A stretch of 63,961 nucleotides of DNA, filler included, from a bacterium (lineage in GTDB: Bacteria; JAMORN01), in assembly GCA_027063545.1 (NCBI GenBank). It is 13 parts of 13 records of this genome, joined end to end, with 100 filler letters (N's around TTAATTAATTAA, not from the genome) between each part and the next. Parts side by side here need not be neighbours in the genome. Positions count along the whole stretch, not along the records: positions 10,568 to 15,722 come from JAMORN010000194.1; positions 15,823 to 20,940 come from JAMORN010000195.1; 11 more parts are not named here. One strand, 5' to 3'. A program made the position numbers and the translations under genes. The notes beneath the pieces are model-generated. The model worked only from the letters and a program-made list of their open reading frames with translations, ran no database searches and was not told where the DNA came from. Below are positions 10,468 to 21,040 of the stretch, piece after piece. Each line of letters begins with the position of its first letter. Position 1 is the first letter of the stretch.

Positions 10468-10568
10468 NNNNNNNNNNNNNNNNNNNNNNNNNNNNNNNNN
10501 NNNNNNNNNNNTTAATTAATTAANNNNNNNNNNNNNNNNNNNNNNNNNNNNNNNNNNNNNNNNNNNNA

Positions 10569-10757
10569 CTCACAGAAAAATATAAGGTAAATTATTTAAT
10601 AGCAGGATCAAATAGTCCCAATTTTCTTAAAATAAAGCAGACAACAAATATCATTCCTTTAATTGCAAAGCCGGAAACAAAGATTGATGAACTTCTTGAT
10701 TGTATAAAAAACTATAGATCCTTAGATATAGAGAATTCTCCTTGTTTTAAGAAATAG
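10569..10757 (+). CDS. C-terminal fragment of a small protein, possibly NifB/NifX-like
   Basis: Open frame from contig edge: LTEKYKVNYLIAGSNSPNFLKIKQTTNIIPLIAK...CFKK*. Confidence 0.45.
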   Translation, partial: LTEKYKVNYLIAGSNSPNFLKIKQTTNIIPLIAKPETKIDELLDCIKNYRSLDIENSPCFKK

Positions 10758-10778
10758 TTTTTTATTATATTTCTTTAC

Positions 10779-11324
10779 ATGGAGGAGTTTTCTAATAAAA
10801 CAGAAGAAAACATTTATAACTTATTAAAAAAATTAAAGATAGACTACGAGGAGATAGTCCATGATGAGGTTATCTCCTCTGAGGATAGTTTTAATATAAG
10901 AAAAAATGCAGGATGGCAGGATTTTACCTCTGCTAAAAACATTCTTTTCCATGCAAAAGGGAAATTCTATCTTGTAGTTTTAAACTACGATAAAGTAATC
11001 AAAGCAAGGATATTTAAAAAAGAGTTTGGCACAAAAAATATTAGATTTGCTACAAAAGAGGAATTAAAAGAGATTCTTAATTTATCTTCTGGTGAGGTTG
11101 TTTCTTTGGGGCTTGAAAATCCGAGTATTCCTATTTATGTAGATAAGGATATTTTCAATTTTAAATTCTTTGCTTTTACTCCTGCAAATAAAAGAAAGAG
11201 TTTAAAGATTTCAACAAATGATCTATTAAGAATCTATGAAAATATTAGAAATCCTGTAACAGTTTTCTATATTGATAGTAATGGAAGTTTAATACTTGAA
11301 GAATTAAAAAAAGAAGGAGAATAG
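10779..11324 (+). CDS. YbaK/ProX-family aminoacyl-tRNA trans-editing protein
   Basis: AKNILF...FYLVVL...IRFATKEEL...LSSGEVVSLGL...IYVDKDI. Confidence 0.85.
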   Translation: MEEFSNKTEENIYNLLKKLKIDYEEIVHDEVISSEDSFNIRKNAGWQDFTSAKNILFHAKGKFYLVVLNYDKVIKARIFKKEFGTKNIRFATKEELKEILNLSSGEVVSLGLENPSIPIYVDKDIFNFKFFAFTPANKRKSLKISTNDLLRIYENIRNPVTVFYIDSNGSLILEELKKEGE

Positions 11325-11325
11325 T

Positions 11326-12252
11326 ATGGGAGTTTTGATAATTGGTTCAACAGCACTAGATGATATAGAAACAACAGAGGATAAGGCTTTTGGAGTGGTA
11401 GGAGGAAGTGCTTTTTATGCTGCTATAGCAACAAATTTTTTTACAAAGCCTTATATATTAGGAAGGGTTGGTAATGATTTCCCAGATGAGTATTTAATTA
11501 AGTTTGAATCATTGGGAATAGATTTAGAAGGTGTTCAGAAAGGTGAGGATAAAAAAACTTTTCACTGGTATGGCAAGTATTTAGAGAATTTTGATGATAG
11601 AGTCACAATTTCTTTAGATTTGGGAACATGGATTGATTTTAGTGTTAAAATTCCAGAAAGATATTTTGAAGAGGATATAAATGTAGTTTTTTTAGCAAAT
11701 ATAGATCCTAAATTTCAGTTGGAGGTTTATAATAAATTTAAGGATAAAGGTGCATTTTTTATTCTTGATACAATGAATTTTTATATAGAGAATTTTAGAG
11801 ATGAATTAAATAAGGTTATTCCAAAGGTTAATTTATTTATAATAAATGAAGAGGAGTATAAACTTTTAACAGGTGAAAAAAATATCTATTTAGCATTTGA
11901 AAAGCTCTTTTTAATGTATGATTCTTCAAGTTTAAAGTATATTGTAATTAAAAAGGGAAGTCATGGAAGTATTTTAATGTCTAAGAAAGGCGAACTTTTT
12001 ATTTTGCCAGCTTACCCTATAAAAGAGGTAAAGGACCCAACAGGTGCTGGAGATAGTTTTGCAGGTGCATTGGCAGGGTATTTATCCAAATTGAATGATT
12101 TTTCTTTTTTATCAATAAAAAAAGGCCTTCTTTATGCTACAGTTGTTAGTTCTTTTACTATAGAGGATTTTTCTATTGATAGATTGCTTAATATATCCTT
12201 TAATGATATAAACCAAAGAGTAGAAAATTTAAAAAACTATATCTCTATTTAA
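11326..12252 (+). CDS. PfkB family carbohydrate kinase
   Basis: GGSAFYAA and DPTGAGDSFAG signatures. Confidence 0.93.
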   Translation: MGVLIIGSTALDDIETTEDKAFGVVGGSAFYAAIATNFFTKPYILGRVGNDFPDEYLIKFESLGIDLEGVQKGEDKKTFHWYGKYLENFDDRVTISLDLGTWIDFSVKIPERYFEEDINVVFLANIDPKFQLEVYNKFKDKGAFFILDTMNFYIENFRDELNKVIPKVNLFIINEEEYKLLTGEKNIYLAFEKLFLMYDSSSLKYIVIKKGSHGSILMSKKGELFILPAYPIKEVKDPTGAGDSFAGALAGYLSKLNDFSFLSIKKGLLYATVVSSFTIEDFSIDRLLNISFNDINQRVENLKNYISI

Positions 12253-12300
12253 AAAAATGTAAGTTATGAAAAGAGATTTAATAATTTAAACAATTTTTAA

Positions 12301-12470
12301 GTTATTTTCAAAGATATAAAAGACAAATGGCTTTTCCTAAAAGAGAAACTTTCAAAAATAGAATTAGAAGATTTAAACAAAATAATTCAAGAGGAAAAAC
12401 TAGCAAGAGATGTCTATTACAAGCTGCACTGATTATGGGTATTATAATAGAAGATTTAGATATAATTATG
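12301..12470 (+). pseudogene. Internally deleted, frameshifted DUF2202 (ferritin-like) gene remnant
   Basis: Frame from 12301 reads ...LSKIELEDLNKIIQEEKLARDVYYKLH*; the adjacent frame reads AALIMGIIIEDLDI. These resemble two DUF2202 motifs that are normally far apart. Confidence 0.7.
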
Positions 12471-12479
12471 GAGGGGGTA

Positions 12480-14486
12480 ATGAGAAAAAAGCCTATTTTT
12501 TATATGTTAATTTTTCTTATTATCTCAATTAATAGTTTATTTTCTTTGGCTATAAATATAAATCATGTAGGTTATAATCTAAATGCTAAAAAGACATTTG
12601 TTGTTTTAAATTCAATACCCCTTTCTGATAAGAGTTTTACAATAAAAAATGAATCTGGTAATATTGTATTTATAGGTACTTTAGATTCCATTGGTATATT
12701 ACAATATTGGGATAACAATTATTATTATATAGGTGATTTTTCTTCGTTTAATAGAATAGGAAATTATAAAATAGATGTAGGAGAAACAGAGTCTTATTCT
12801 TTTGAAATAAATGAGGATTTGATTTTAAATTCAACTAGTTCTCTTGTTATATCATTTTTCAATTCAATGAGAAATACAATGTTATCAGATACTGCTGTGG
12901 GATATTATGGGGATAGAGTAGGAACCCATAATGTTTATGGTGGTTGGGATGATGCTTCTGGTGATCAGGGAAAATATTTGTCTCATTTATCATGGGCAAA
13001 TTACTTTAATCCGCAACAAACACCTTTGGTTGTATGGGCGCTTTTATGGGGGTATGAGTTAAATCCTACATATTACGATGATAACGGGATTAAAGTAAAA
13101 GAAGAGGCAGCATGGGGAGCAGATTTTCTTTTAAGAATGCAGGATGAGGCTGGATATTTTTATATAACAGTTTTTGATGGTTGGGGATATGATCCTCCTA
13201 GAGAGATTTGTGCTTGGGTTGGTTCTTCTGGAACAAAAACAGATGATTATGAGAGTGCTTTTAGGGAAGGTGGAGCAATGGCAATAGCAGCTCTTGCTCG
13301 TGCTTATAATATGGGGATAGAAGGGGATTCAACAAAAGAAGAGTATTTACAAGGAGCAATAAGAGGATATAATCATATAAAAGTTAATAATCTACTTTAT
13401 ACAGATGATGGGAAAGAAAATATAATAGATGACTATACCACAACTATAGCGTTAGTAGAACTTTATAAAGCAACAGGAGATAGTTTATATTTAAATGATT
13501 TAAGATACAGGGTAAATAGAATATTATTCAAACAATCTTCAGAAGGTTTTTTCTATAGTGATGATGATCTAACAAGACCATTTTACCATGCTTCTGATGA
13601 GGGAATGATAATTTTAGCACTTCTTTATTATTTAGAAGTAGATGATGCTTTAAGATCAGAGGTAGAGCAGGCTATTTCAAAAAATATAGATTGGTATAAG
13701 AGTATTACTTTTGAAGGAGGAAATGCATACTATTATTCAAAAATGTATTATAAGAATTCTAGCGGAAACTTAGTAGTAAGGTATTTTATGCCTCATGTAA
13801 ATGAAACAGGTTATTGGTGGCAGGGAGAAAATGCAAGAATTCTTTCAATGGCAAGCGCGTTTTATTATTACATGATAAAGGAGAATATTGTAGATACTTT
13901 ACTTGAAAATATTGCTAACAGTTCTATAGATTGGGTATTGGGAAAAAATCCTTTAAATATGTGTATGATGGCAGGTGTGGGTTATAATAATCCACCTCCT
14001 TATAAAGGTGATTATTCTAGATATTATAAAGGTGGTATTTCAAATGGTATAACCTCAGACCAAGATACAGAAATAGGTTATCAGTTTTTAGATAAAGATT
14101 ATTATGATAAGACAGATTGGCACCATTGGAGATGGGTAGAGCATTGGCTTCCTCATGATGCCTGGTATTTTGTGGCAATAAATTTAGAATCATTTTATAT
14201 AAAGACTAAATTGAGAGAAAATAAGGTTAGTGATAAAAAAGAGTTAAAGGAGTTATTTGTAAATATCTATCCAAATCCATTTAATCCAGTGTTGAATATA
14301 AAAGTAAGTCAAAAAGAAGCAAAAGTTTATATTTATAATATAGAAGGAAAACTTATTAAAAAATTTTCAGGGGAAGGTTTCTACCAAGTTAATTTCAGTG
14401 ATATGAACTTATCTTCAGGTATTTATTATATAAGAGCAGTTTTCGGCAATAGTATTATAACTAAAAAAGCGGTATTATTGAAGTAA
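12480..14486 (+). CDS. Glycoside hydrolase family 9 (exo-beta-glucosaminidase/Cel9D-like subgroup) with signal peptide and T9SS C-terminal sorting domain
   Basis: GGWDDASGDQGKYLSHLSWANYFNPQQTP, YWWQGENARI, WRWVEHWLPHDAW; tail IYPNPFNP...LSSGIYYIRA...KKAVLLK; start re-called at ATG 12480 (GGAGG RBS, MRKKPIFYMLIFLII signal). Confidence 0.9.
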   Translation: MRKKPIFYMLIFLIISINSLFSLAININHVGYNLNAKKTFVVLNSIPLSDKSFTIKNESGNIVFIGTLDSIGILQYWDNNYYYIGDFSSFNRIGNYKIDVGETESYSFEINEDLILNSTSSLVISFFNSMRNTMLSDTAVGYYGDRVGTHNVYGGWDDASGDQGKYLSHLSWANYFNPQQTPLVVWALLWGYELNPTYYDDNGIKVKEEAAWGADFLLRMQDEAGYFYITVFDGWGYDPPREICAWVGSSGTKTDDYESAFREGGAMAIAALARAYNMGIEGDSTKEEYLQGAIRGYNHIKVNNLLYTDDGKENIIDDYTTTIALVELYKATGDSLYLNDLRYRVNRILFKQSSEGFFYSDDDLTRPFYHASDEGMIILALLYYLEVDDALRSEVEQAISKNIDWYKSITFEGGNAYYYSKMYYKNSSGNLVVRYFMPHVNETGYWWQGENARILSMASAFYYYMIKENIVDTLLENIANSSIDWVLGKNPLNMCMMAGVGYNNPPPYKGDYSRYYKGGISNGITSDQDTEIGYQFLDKDYYDKTDWHHWRWVEHWLPHDAWYFVAINLESFYIKTKLRENKVSDKKELKELFVNIYPNPFNPVLNIKVSQKEAKVYIYNIEGKLIKKFSGEGFYQVNFSDMNLSSGIYYIRAVFGNSIITKKAVLLK

Positions 14487-14580
14487 AAGTACTTACTGTA
14501 GATATTAATTTTCTTCTTATATTAAACAATTTGAAAACATTTAGGAATAAAAAAATAAAACAATAAAAAAGAGGTATAAT

Positions 14581-14981
14581 ATGGATAGTATAGAAAAAAT
14601 GCTTGAAGAAATAAAAAGAAAAGAATAAAGAAAACAAGAGAAGCATTAGAAAAAAGTTTTAAAAAATATTAAGAGAATTTAATAAGTTTAAATTATATAT
14701 AAAGTTTATTGATGATTGGAGGAAATTACAGATTCTTTAAATTCAAAGAGAAAATAAAAATAATTTATTAGATTATTTATTAAGAAAGTATATGGATAGA
14801 ATAAAAACTCATAATCTAGAAGATTTACCAAAAAGAATATTAGTAGAATATATAGAAATTTTGACAGACATCCTTTAAATGAAATAAGAAGAAAATTAGG
14901 ATTTGACTATTGTATTTGGGAATTAATAAAAATAATACATATTTGGATAATAATTTTATATATTTATTACATTAAAAGTTA
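14581..14981 (+). pseudogene. Degraded gene remnant of unknown family
   Basis: GAGG RBS + MDSIEKMLEEIKRKE*, then coding-like stretches in shifting frames (ILREFNKFKLYIKFIDDW; NLLDYLLRKYMDRIK; FDRHPLNEIRRKLGFDYCIWE). Confidence 0.5.
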
Positions 14982-15017
14982 GATACATAAAACTTTTAAA
15001 AAAGTAGGGGAAGCTTT

Positions 15018-15722
15018 ATGCTAAATTCTTATACTATCCTAATTACAGGTTCTACTGATGGTATTGGAAAAGCAGCAGCCTTAAAGATGGCTTCTATAGG
15101 AGCAAAGGTTATAGTTCATGGAAGGTCTGAGAGTAAAGTAAAAGATGTATTAGAGGAAATAAAAAATAGAACAAAAAATAGCAATATATATGGAGTTGTG
15201 GCAGATTTTACATCTTTAGAAGAGGTAAAGAATTTAGCAGATGAGATAACCCAAAAGTTTTCAGATCTAAATGTGTTAGTAAATAATGCTTGTATATTTT
15301 CCCATAGGAAAATTATAACAAAAGATGGATTTGAAGCAGGATTTCAGATTTGCCATCTTGCACATTTTCTTTTAACTCTAAAATTGATTGATCTACTTTA
15401 TAAAAACTTCCCTTCTTATATAATAAATGTTAGTTCAATGGTTCATGCCTCAACTATTGATTTAGAAAATTTAAATAGTGAAAAGGGTTATAATGGGTAT
15501 GATGTATATTCTATGGTAAAACTTCTCAATATTTTATTTACTTATAAATTAAATAGAGAAATAGATACCTCAAAGATAAAGGTTTATGCAGTTCATCCTG
15601 GTGTAATTAGTACAAAACTTCTTCATGCTGGATGGGGTTTTGGAGGTGCTTCTACATCTATAGGAGCAGAGAATATATTATCACCAATATTAAACGATGA
15701 TTTAAGAAAAAAAACAGGGATT
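15018..15722 (+). CDS. Short-chain dehydrogenase/reductase, 3' partial
   Basis: ITGSTDGIGK, LVNNA, NVSS, YSMVK, VHPGVI. Confidence 0.92.
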
Positions 15723-15822
15723 NNNNNNNNNNNNNNNNNNNNNNNNNNNNNNNNNNNNNNNNNNNNTTAATTAATTAANNNNNNNNNNNNNNNNNNNNNN
15801 NNNNNNNNNNNNNNNNNNNNNN

Positions 15823-16960
15823 GATGAAAATTAAATATATCCCCTAATGTAATAGTCTCATCAATTTTTGTAAATATAATTCCATCTAATTTTAACTCTG
15901 AGAAATTTTCATATATCATAAGCATGTCCTTCAGCTTTGTAGTAGCTGAAATAAGTAAATATATTCTATCAATAGAAGAGTTTTTTATTATATTAAATAT
16001 CTCCTGAAGATGTTCTTTTTTTCTTGGACTTCTCCCAGCAGTATCTATAAAAATATAATCAAAACCTGTAAACTTAGCTATTGCATTTTCCAAATTTTCT
16101 TTTGTATAACATAACTCAAAAGGTATAGAACTTATATCAGCAAATGTCTTTAACTGCTCTGCTGCTGCTATTCTATATGTATCTAAAGATAACAACACAA
16201 CTTTTCTTTCTTTTATTATTTTATTTATTGATGCAATTTTGGCAATTGTTGTAGTTTTACCCACTCCTGTTGGACCTATAAAAGCAACCGTAAAAGGTTT
16301 TTTTTCTGGCAATTCTTCTATCTCTTTATTTACTCTAATCTTAGCACTTATATTTTTTATAATAACCTCTCTTAAATAATCAAAATCTTCTATTCTCTCT
16401 GGGGGTAGTTTTGTCTCAATCTTTTCTAAAAGCTGAATTGTGAAAGTTTCATCTAATTCTTTATCTCTTAATGTTAAATACCATTTCTGAATATTTTTAT
16501 GATGATGTTCAAAATTTTCCTTAAAGTTAATTTCTACCAGCTTTTGAACAACAGTTTTTAATTCCTTTATATCCTTCTTTATATCTACTATAGAACTATC
16601 AAATCTTTCACTTTTAGCTTCTGTTTTTAATTCTTTATTAATATTCTGTTGAAGATCTGAGAATTTTTTATAAAGATTTCCTACATATGAGTCCCTTGAA
16701 ATACTACCTCTATTATAAGAATAAGAAGGTGATGAGGAAGTTTCTATGGTATCTGAAGGGCTTTTTATTGTATTTAATTCCTGAGAAATATCTGTATCAA
16801 GAGCCACAATAACTTCATATTTTTCCTCTGCTATACCTCCAAACATCCCTTTTTTAGGGACCTTTTTGGTATTAATTATTATAATATCCTCTCCTAATTC
16901 CTGCTTTGCCTGTAATATAGCTTCCTTTATACTATTTGCTACATACTTTTTTATTTTCAT
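15823..16960 (-). CDS. flhF: Flagellar biosynthesis GTPase FlhF, 3' partial
   Basis: MKIKKYVA...ELGEDIII; GPTGVGKTTTIAK; DTYRIAAAEQL; DTAGRS; FTKIDET. Confidence 0.96.
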
Positions 16961-16984
16961 ATCTTATCACCTCTTTTATATTTA

Positions 16985-19060
16985 TTATAAACTCACTCTT
17001 TCCTCACTTATTACCTCAAAATCTGAAGGCACTTCAGATATAGATATAACATTTAAATTCTTTATATAAGGATGTAAAAGTCTTTTCAATTGTAATCTAA
17101 GTACTGGTGATACTAATAAAACAGGTACATAACCTTTCATACTTAAATTCTCCACAGCCTTTTTTATATTTTCAACTAATCTAGCCACTGTATCTGGATC
17201 CAACACAAGTCTTAAACTCTGATTATTATCCGGCTGAAGATTATCTTCTAAGTATTTCTCTGTTTCTGGGGATAAAGTAATAACATGAAGTTTTTTATCA
17301 CTACTTAATAAACTTGTACATATCTGTCTACCTAGAGCATGTCTAACATATTCTGTTAATACATCTGTATTTTTTGTAACTTTTGCATAATCACCCAAGG
17401 TCTCTATTATTGTTGATAAATCCCTAATAGAAACCTTTTCCCATAATAGATTTTGTAATACCTTTTGTATATCTCCTATTTTAAGTAAATCAGGTATAAC
17501 CTCTTCTACTGCAGCAGGATTTATCTTCTTAAGATTTTCTATTAATTGTTTTACATCTTCTCTTGTTAATAACTCATATGCATGATCTTTTATAATCTCT
17601 GTTAAATGAGTTGAAATAACAGCAGGTACTTCTACAACAATATATCCTGCAGCCTCTGCTTTAGACTTTTCTGCTTCTGTTATCCACATAGCATCTAAGC
17701 CAAAAGTAGGATCTTTTGTTGGAATACCTTCTAGTTCTTCCTGTACGTCACCTGGATTTATTGCCATATAATATCCAGGCATAACTTCTGCTCTAGACAC
17801 TTCTATTCCCTTTATTTTTATAACATATTCATTAGGTTTTAAATCTAAGTTATCCCTTATTCTTATTGGGGGGACTTTAAAACCCAAATCTACAGCTATC
17901 TGTTTACGTATTAATGTTATTCTATCTAATAAATCTCCTCCTTGAGCAGGATCTACATAACTTATAAGAGCATACCCTATCTCAAGTTCCATAGGATCAA
18001 CAAAAAGAAAATCCTCTATCTTTTCCTCCTGCTCCTCTTCTTCCTTTGTTTCCTCTTTAACTTCTTCCTCTGAAGGTGCTAAAGCTGTATTTCTTGCTGA
18101 TATATAACCAACACCCATTAAAAGAGTTCCCAAAGCCATAAAAGTAATCTTAGGAAATCCAGGAACTAATCCTAATAAAAACAAAACTCCTCCTGTTATC
18201 ATTAAGGCTTTAGATTGGGAAAATAATTGCTTGATTAATTCCTGCCCCATATCATGTTTAGATGATGCCCTCGAGACAATAATACCCGCAGATGTAGAGA
18301 TTAAAAGAGCAGGAATCTGACTAACCAATCCATCTCCTATTGTTAATTTTGTATATTTTTCTATAATATCAGCAAAACTTCCACCCTCTCTAAAATATCC
18401 AATTAATATTCCACCTATTATATTAATAATAGTAATAATAATACCTGCTATAGCATCTCCTCTAACAAACTTAGAAGCTCCATCCATAGCTCCATAAAAA
18501 TCTGCTTCTCTTGCTATTTCTTCTCTTCTTTTTCTTGCTGTTTCCTCATCTATTAAACCGGCATTTAAATCAGCATCTATAGCCATTTGTTTACCAGGCA
18601 TAGCATCAAGGGTAAATCTTGCTGCTACTTCAGCTATTCTTCCTGCACCTTTGGTTATCACAATAAATTGAATAATTACCAAAATAATGAAAATAACAAC
18701 TCCAACAACAATATTACCCATAGTAACAAAATTTCCAAATGTTTCTATTACCTTACCAGGATTCCCTGTAGCTAGTATTAAACGTGTAGAAGAAACATTT
18801 AAAGAAAGCCTAAATAAAGTGGTTATAAGTAAAAGCCCAGGAAATATTGAAAAGTCTAAAGGTCTTTCTGTATATATAGTTGTCAGTAGAATAATAATTG
18901 CTGTTGCGATATTTAAAGATAATAATATATCCATTAACCATGGTGGAATAGGAATTACCATTATTATAACAATTCCTATTACCACCAATGGTATAAGAAA
19001 CTCTTGTCTTTGCGCTAACTTATTAAAAAAATTGGTATTTAATGATAATGTATTTGCCAT
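16985..19060 (-). CDS. flhA: Flagellar export protein FlhA
   Basis: FSIFPGLLLITTLFRLSLNVSSTRLIL; RFTLDAMPGKQMAIDADL; FYGAMDGASKFVRGDAIAG. Confidence 0.99.
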   Translation of the reverse strand: MANTLSLNTNFFNKLAQRQEFLIPLVVIGIVIIMVIPIPPWLMDILLSLNIATAIIILLTTIYTERPLDFSIFPGLLLITTLFRLSLNVSSTRLILATGNPGKVIETFGNFVTMGNIVVGVVIFIILVIIQFIVITKGAGRIAEVAARFTLDAMPGKQMAIDADLNAGLIDEETARKRREEIAREADFYGAMDGASKFVRGDAIAGIIITIINIIGGILIGYFREGGSFADIIEKYTKLTIGDGLVSQIPALLISTSAGIIVSRASSKHDMGQELIKQLFSQSKALMITGGVLFLLGLVPGFPKITFMALGTLLMGVGYISARNTALAPSEEEVKEETKEEEEQEEKIEDFLFVDPMELEIGYALISYVDPAQGGDLLDRITLIRKQIAVDLGFKVPPIRIRDNLDLKPNEYVIKIKGIEVSRAEVMPGYYMAINPGDVQEELEGIPTKDPTFGLDAMWITEAEKSKAEAAGYIVVEVPAVISTHLTEIIKDHAYELLTREDVKQLIENLKKINPAAVEEVIPDLLKIGDIQKVLQNLLWEKVSIRDLSTIIETLGDYAKVTKNTDVLTEYVRHALGRQICTSLLSSDKKLHVITLSPETEKYLEDNLQPDNNQSLRLVLDPDTVARLVENIKKAVENLSMKGYVPVLLVSPVLRLQLKRLLHPYIKNLNVISISEVPSDFEVISEERVSL

Positions 19061-19066
19061 ATTTAT

Positions 19067-20713
19067 CTATTCTATTCCTTTATTTATAACAACCTTCTTA
19101 GGAAAATAAAAATAGCCCTGTATCTCTCTTATTAATAACCCTGAAGAATTTAATTTCACTACCCTGTTATTATGCTCATCACAAATCCAAATATTCCCTT
19201 CTCCATCAGCATCTTTATATTCATTAACAATTATATAACTTGGTTTATCCAATCCTACATTTATTATATTATCTATTAAAGGAGAGACATTATAGTTCAT
19301 TTTTATTGGTAATTTAACTTTCATCATTCCATAAACTGCATCAAGTATATATAATTCTGATGTTAGTCTATTTATATCCATATCAACAAGTGTTCCAAAT
19401 CCATAAAGTTTTCCTACAATTGAATCTGATGCTATATCATATGAATATAAAATATTTTTTCCATAATCAGCTATATAAACATAACCATTATATCCTATTA
19501 TTTTTGATATATTTAAAAATCCAGCTTTTCGTCTATATAATGTATCATTTCTTATTATCAGCAGAAAATTTGAATCTAACCTCTCCTCTACAGTAATATA
19601 AAAATCTTCTAGATCTGTTAATAACTTCAATTTCCCTTTATATGAGAAAACTTTATCAAAATCTTCATATCCTAAAGAATAAATATTACTTAAACTATCA
19701 TCTGGAGAATATGTTAATACAAACAAAGTATTTTTCACTTTCTGGAGTGATGTTATATGCTCAGAAAAACTGTATGTATTAAGAAGTGTTCCATCGGTAT
19801 AATATTCTCTTATTACATTATTATCTACTAAATACAACATATTTGTACCATCTAAAAATTCTAAGTCCTCTACTTGTATACTATCCCACACTATTAAAGG
19901 ACTCCCTTTTGAAGTAAATTTATATATACGTCCCTTATCATCCCTCACCCATATACTCCCAACTTCTTTATATATATCAATTAAAATAGAATCTTCGGTA
20001 TATGCACCTCTTGTATTTATTGCCCTAATATATATTGTATCTATTAATTCCTCTAATGGTATATTAAAAATTAGAGATTTATAGTTGGTTAACTCTTTAG
20101 ATATAGATAACCCACTTTTAGAATACCAATAAACTACCACTGTATCATCTAAGTAGCTTGATACTTTTACATTAACATATCCTAATCCACTTCCTATTAA
20201 AAATGAAGCATAATTTTTATTTCCCCATTTAATAAAATTACCATTTTCAATATATATAGAATCTATAGATGGGGGAAAATCTATAAGCTTTATCTCTTTT
20301 TTGTACTCATACCATCTGTTATTATATAAAAATTTTATTGTTATTGTATCCTTCTCTCTTATTCTATATATAACTGAATCCAGAGAAGAACTATCATCAC
20401 TAGAAACTTTCTCTTTTATATATGGAATGCCTGAATATTCAATAAAAACTGTATCCCTTATAATACTATCTAAAGAAGATTTTCCATTAAATATAACTAA
20501 ACCTGAAGCAGAAGTCCATTCAAGATTTTTCACATAATCATTAAAAACAATAATGCCTTTCATTGGTAAACCATAATATTCATCAGGTACAATTGAAAAT
20601 TTTTCTAAAGGACTATCATCTTCAAAATCAAAAATTGAACAGCCTGAAAATATTGTAATTATAAATAATAAAGAAAACAATAAGTTAAACTTTATTTTTG
20701 AGTTTATAAACAT
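19067..20713 (-). CDS. Hypothetical lipoprotein, beta-rich, with probable C-terminal NHL/beta-propeller repeats
   Basis: Lipobox IFSG-C; VYIADYGKN and GNIWICDEHNNRVVKLNSSG NHL-like segments. Confidence 0.75.
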   Translation of the reverse strand: MFINSKIKFNLLFSLLFIITIFSGCSIFDFEDDSPLEKFSIVPDEYYGLPMKGIIVFNDYVKNLEWTSASGLVIFNGKSSLDSIIRDTVFIEYSGIPYIKEKVSSDDSSSLDSVIYRIREKDTITIKFLYNNRWYEYKKEIKLIDFPPSIDSIYIENGNFIKWGNKNYASFLIGSGLGYVNVKVSSYLDDTVVVYWYSKSGLSISKELTNYKSLIFNIPLEELIDTIYIRAINTRGAYTEDSILIDIYKEVGSIWVRDDKGRIYKFTSKGSPLIVWDSIQVEDLEFLDGTNMLYLVDNNVIREYYTDGTLLNTYSFSEHITSLQKVKNTLFVLTYSPDDSLSNIYSLGYEDFDKVFSYKGKLKLLTDLEDFYITVEERLDSNFLLIIRNDTLYRRKAGFLNISKIIGYNGYVYIADYGKNILYSYDIASDSIVGKLYGFGTLVDMDINRLTSELYILDAVYGMMKVKLPIKMNYNVSPLIDNIINVGLDKPSYIIVNEYKDADGEGNIWICDEHNNRVVKLNSSGLLIREIQGYFYFPKKVVINKGIE

Positions 20714-20940
20714 AAGCTATAATCTCCGCTACAGCTTCATAATATTCTGGAGGTATTTCTTCACTTATATCAACAGCATCATATAAAGCTCTGGCTAATG
20801 GTTTATTTTCAACTATAGGAATATTATTCTCTATTGCTATTTCTCTTATTCTTTCCGCTATTTTTCTCATACCTTTTGCTACAACAATAGGAGCCCTCAT
20901 TCCCTGTTCATATTGAATAGCTATAGCTATAAATGTAGGG
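20685..20940 (-). CDS. flhB: Flagellar export protein FlhB, C-terminal part (5' partial)
   Basis: xPTFIAIAIQY...APIVVAKG...IAERIREIA...IPIVENKPLARALY...IPPEYYEAVAEIIAYVY. Confidence 0.93.
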
Positions 20941-21040
20941 NNNNNNNNNNNNNNNNNNNNNNNNNNNNNNNNNNNNNNNNNNNNTTAATTAATTAANNNN
21001 NNNNNNNNNNNNNNNNNNNNNNNNNNNNNNNNNNNNNNNN

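Noticed and set aside
12327-12479. 51-aa N-terminal extension of the GH9 ORF
   Set aside because: Derives from the DUF2202 remnant; RBS and signal peptide point to ATG 12480
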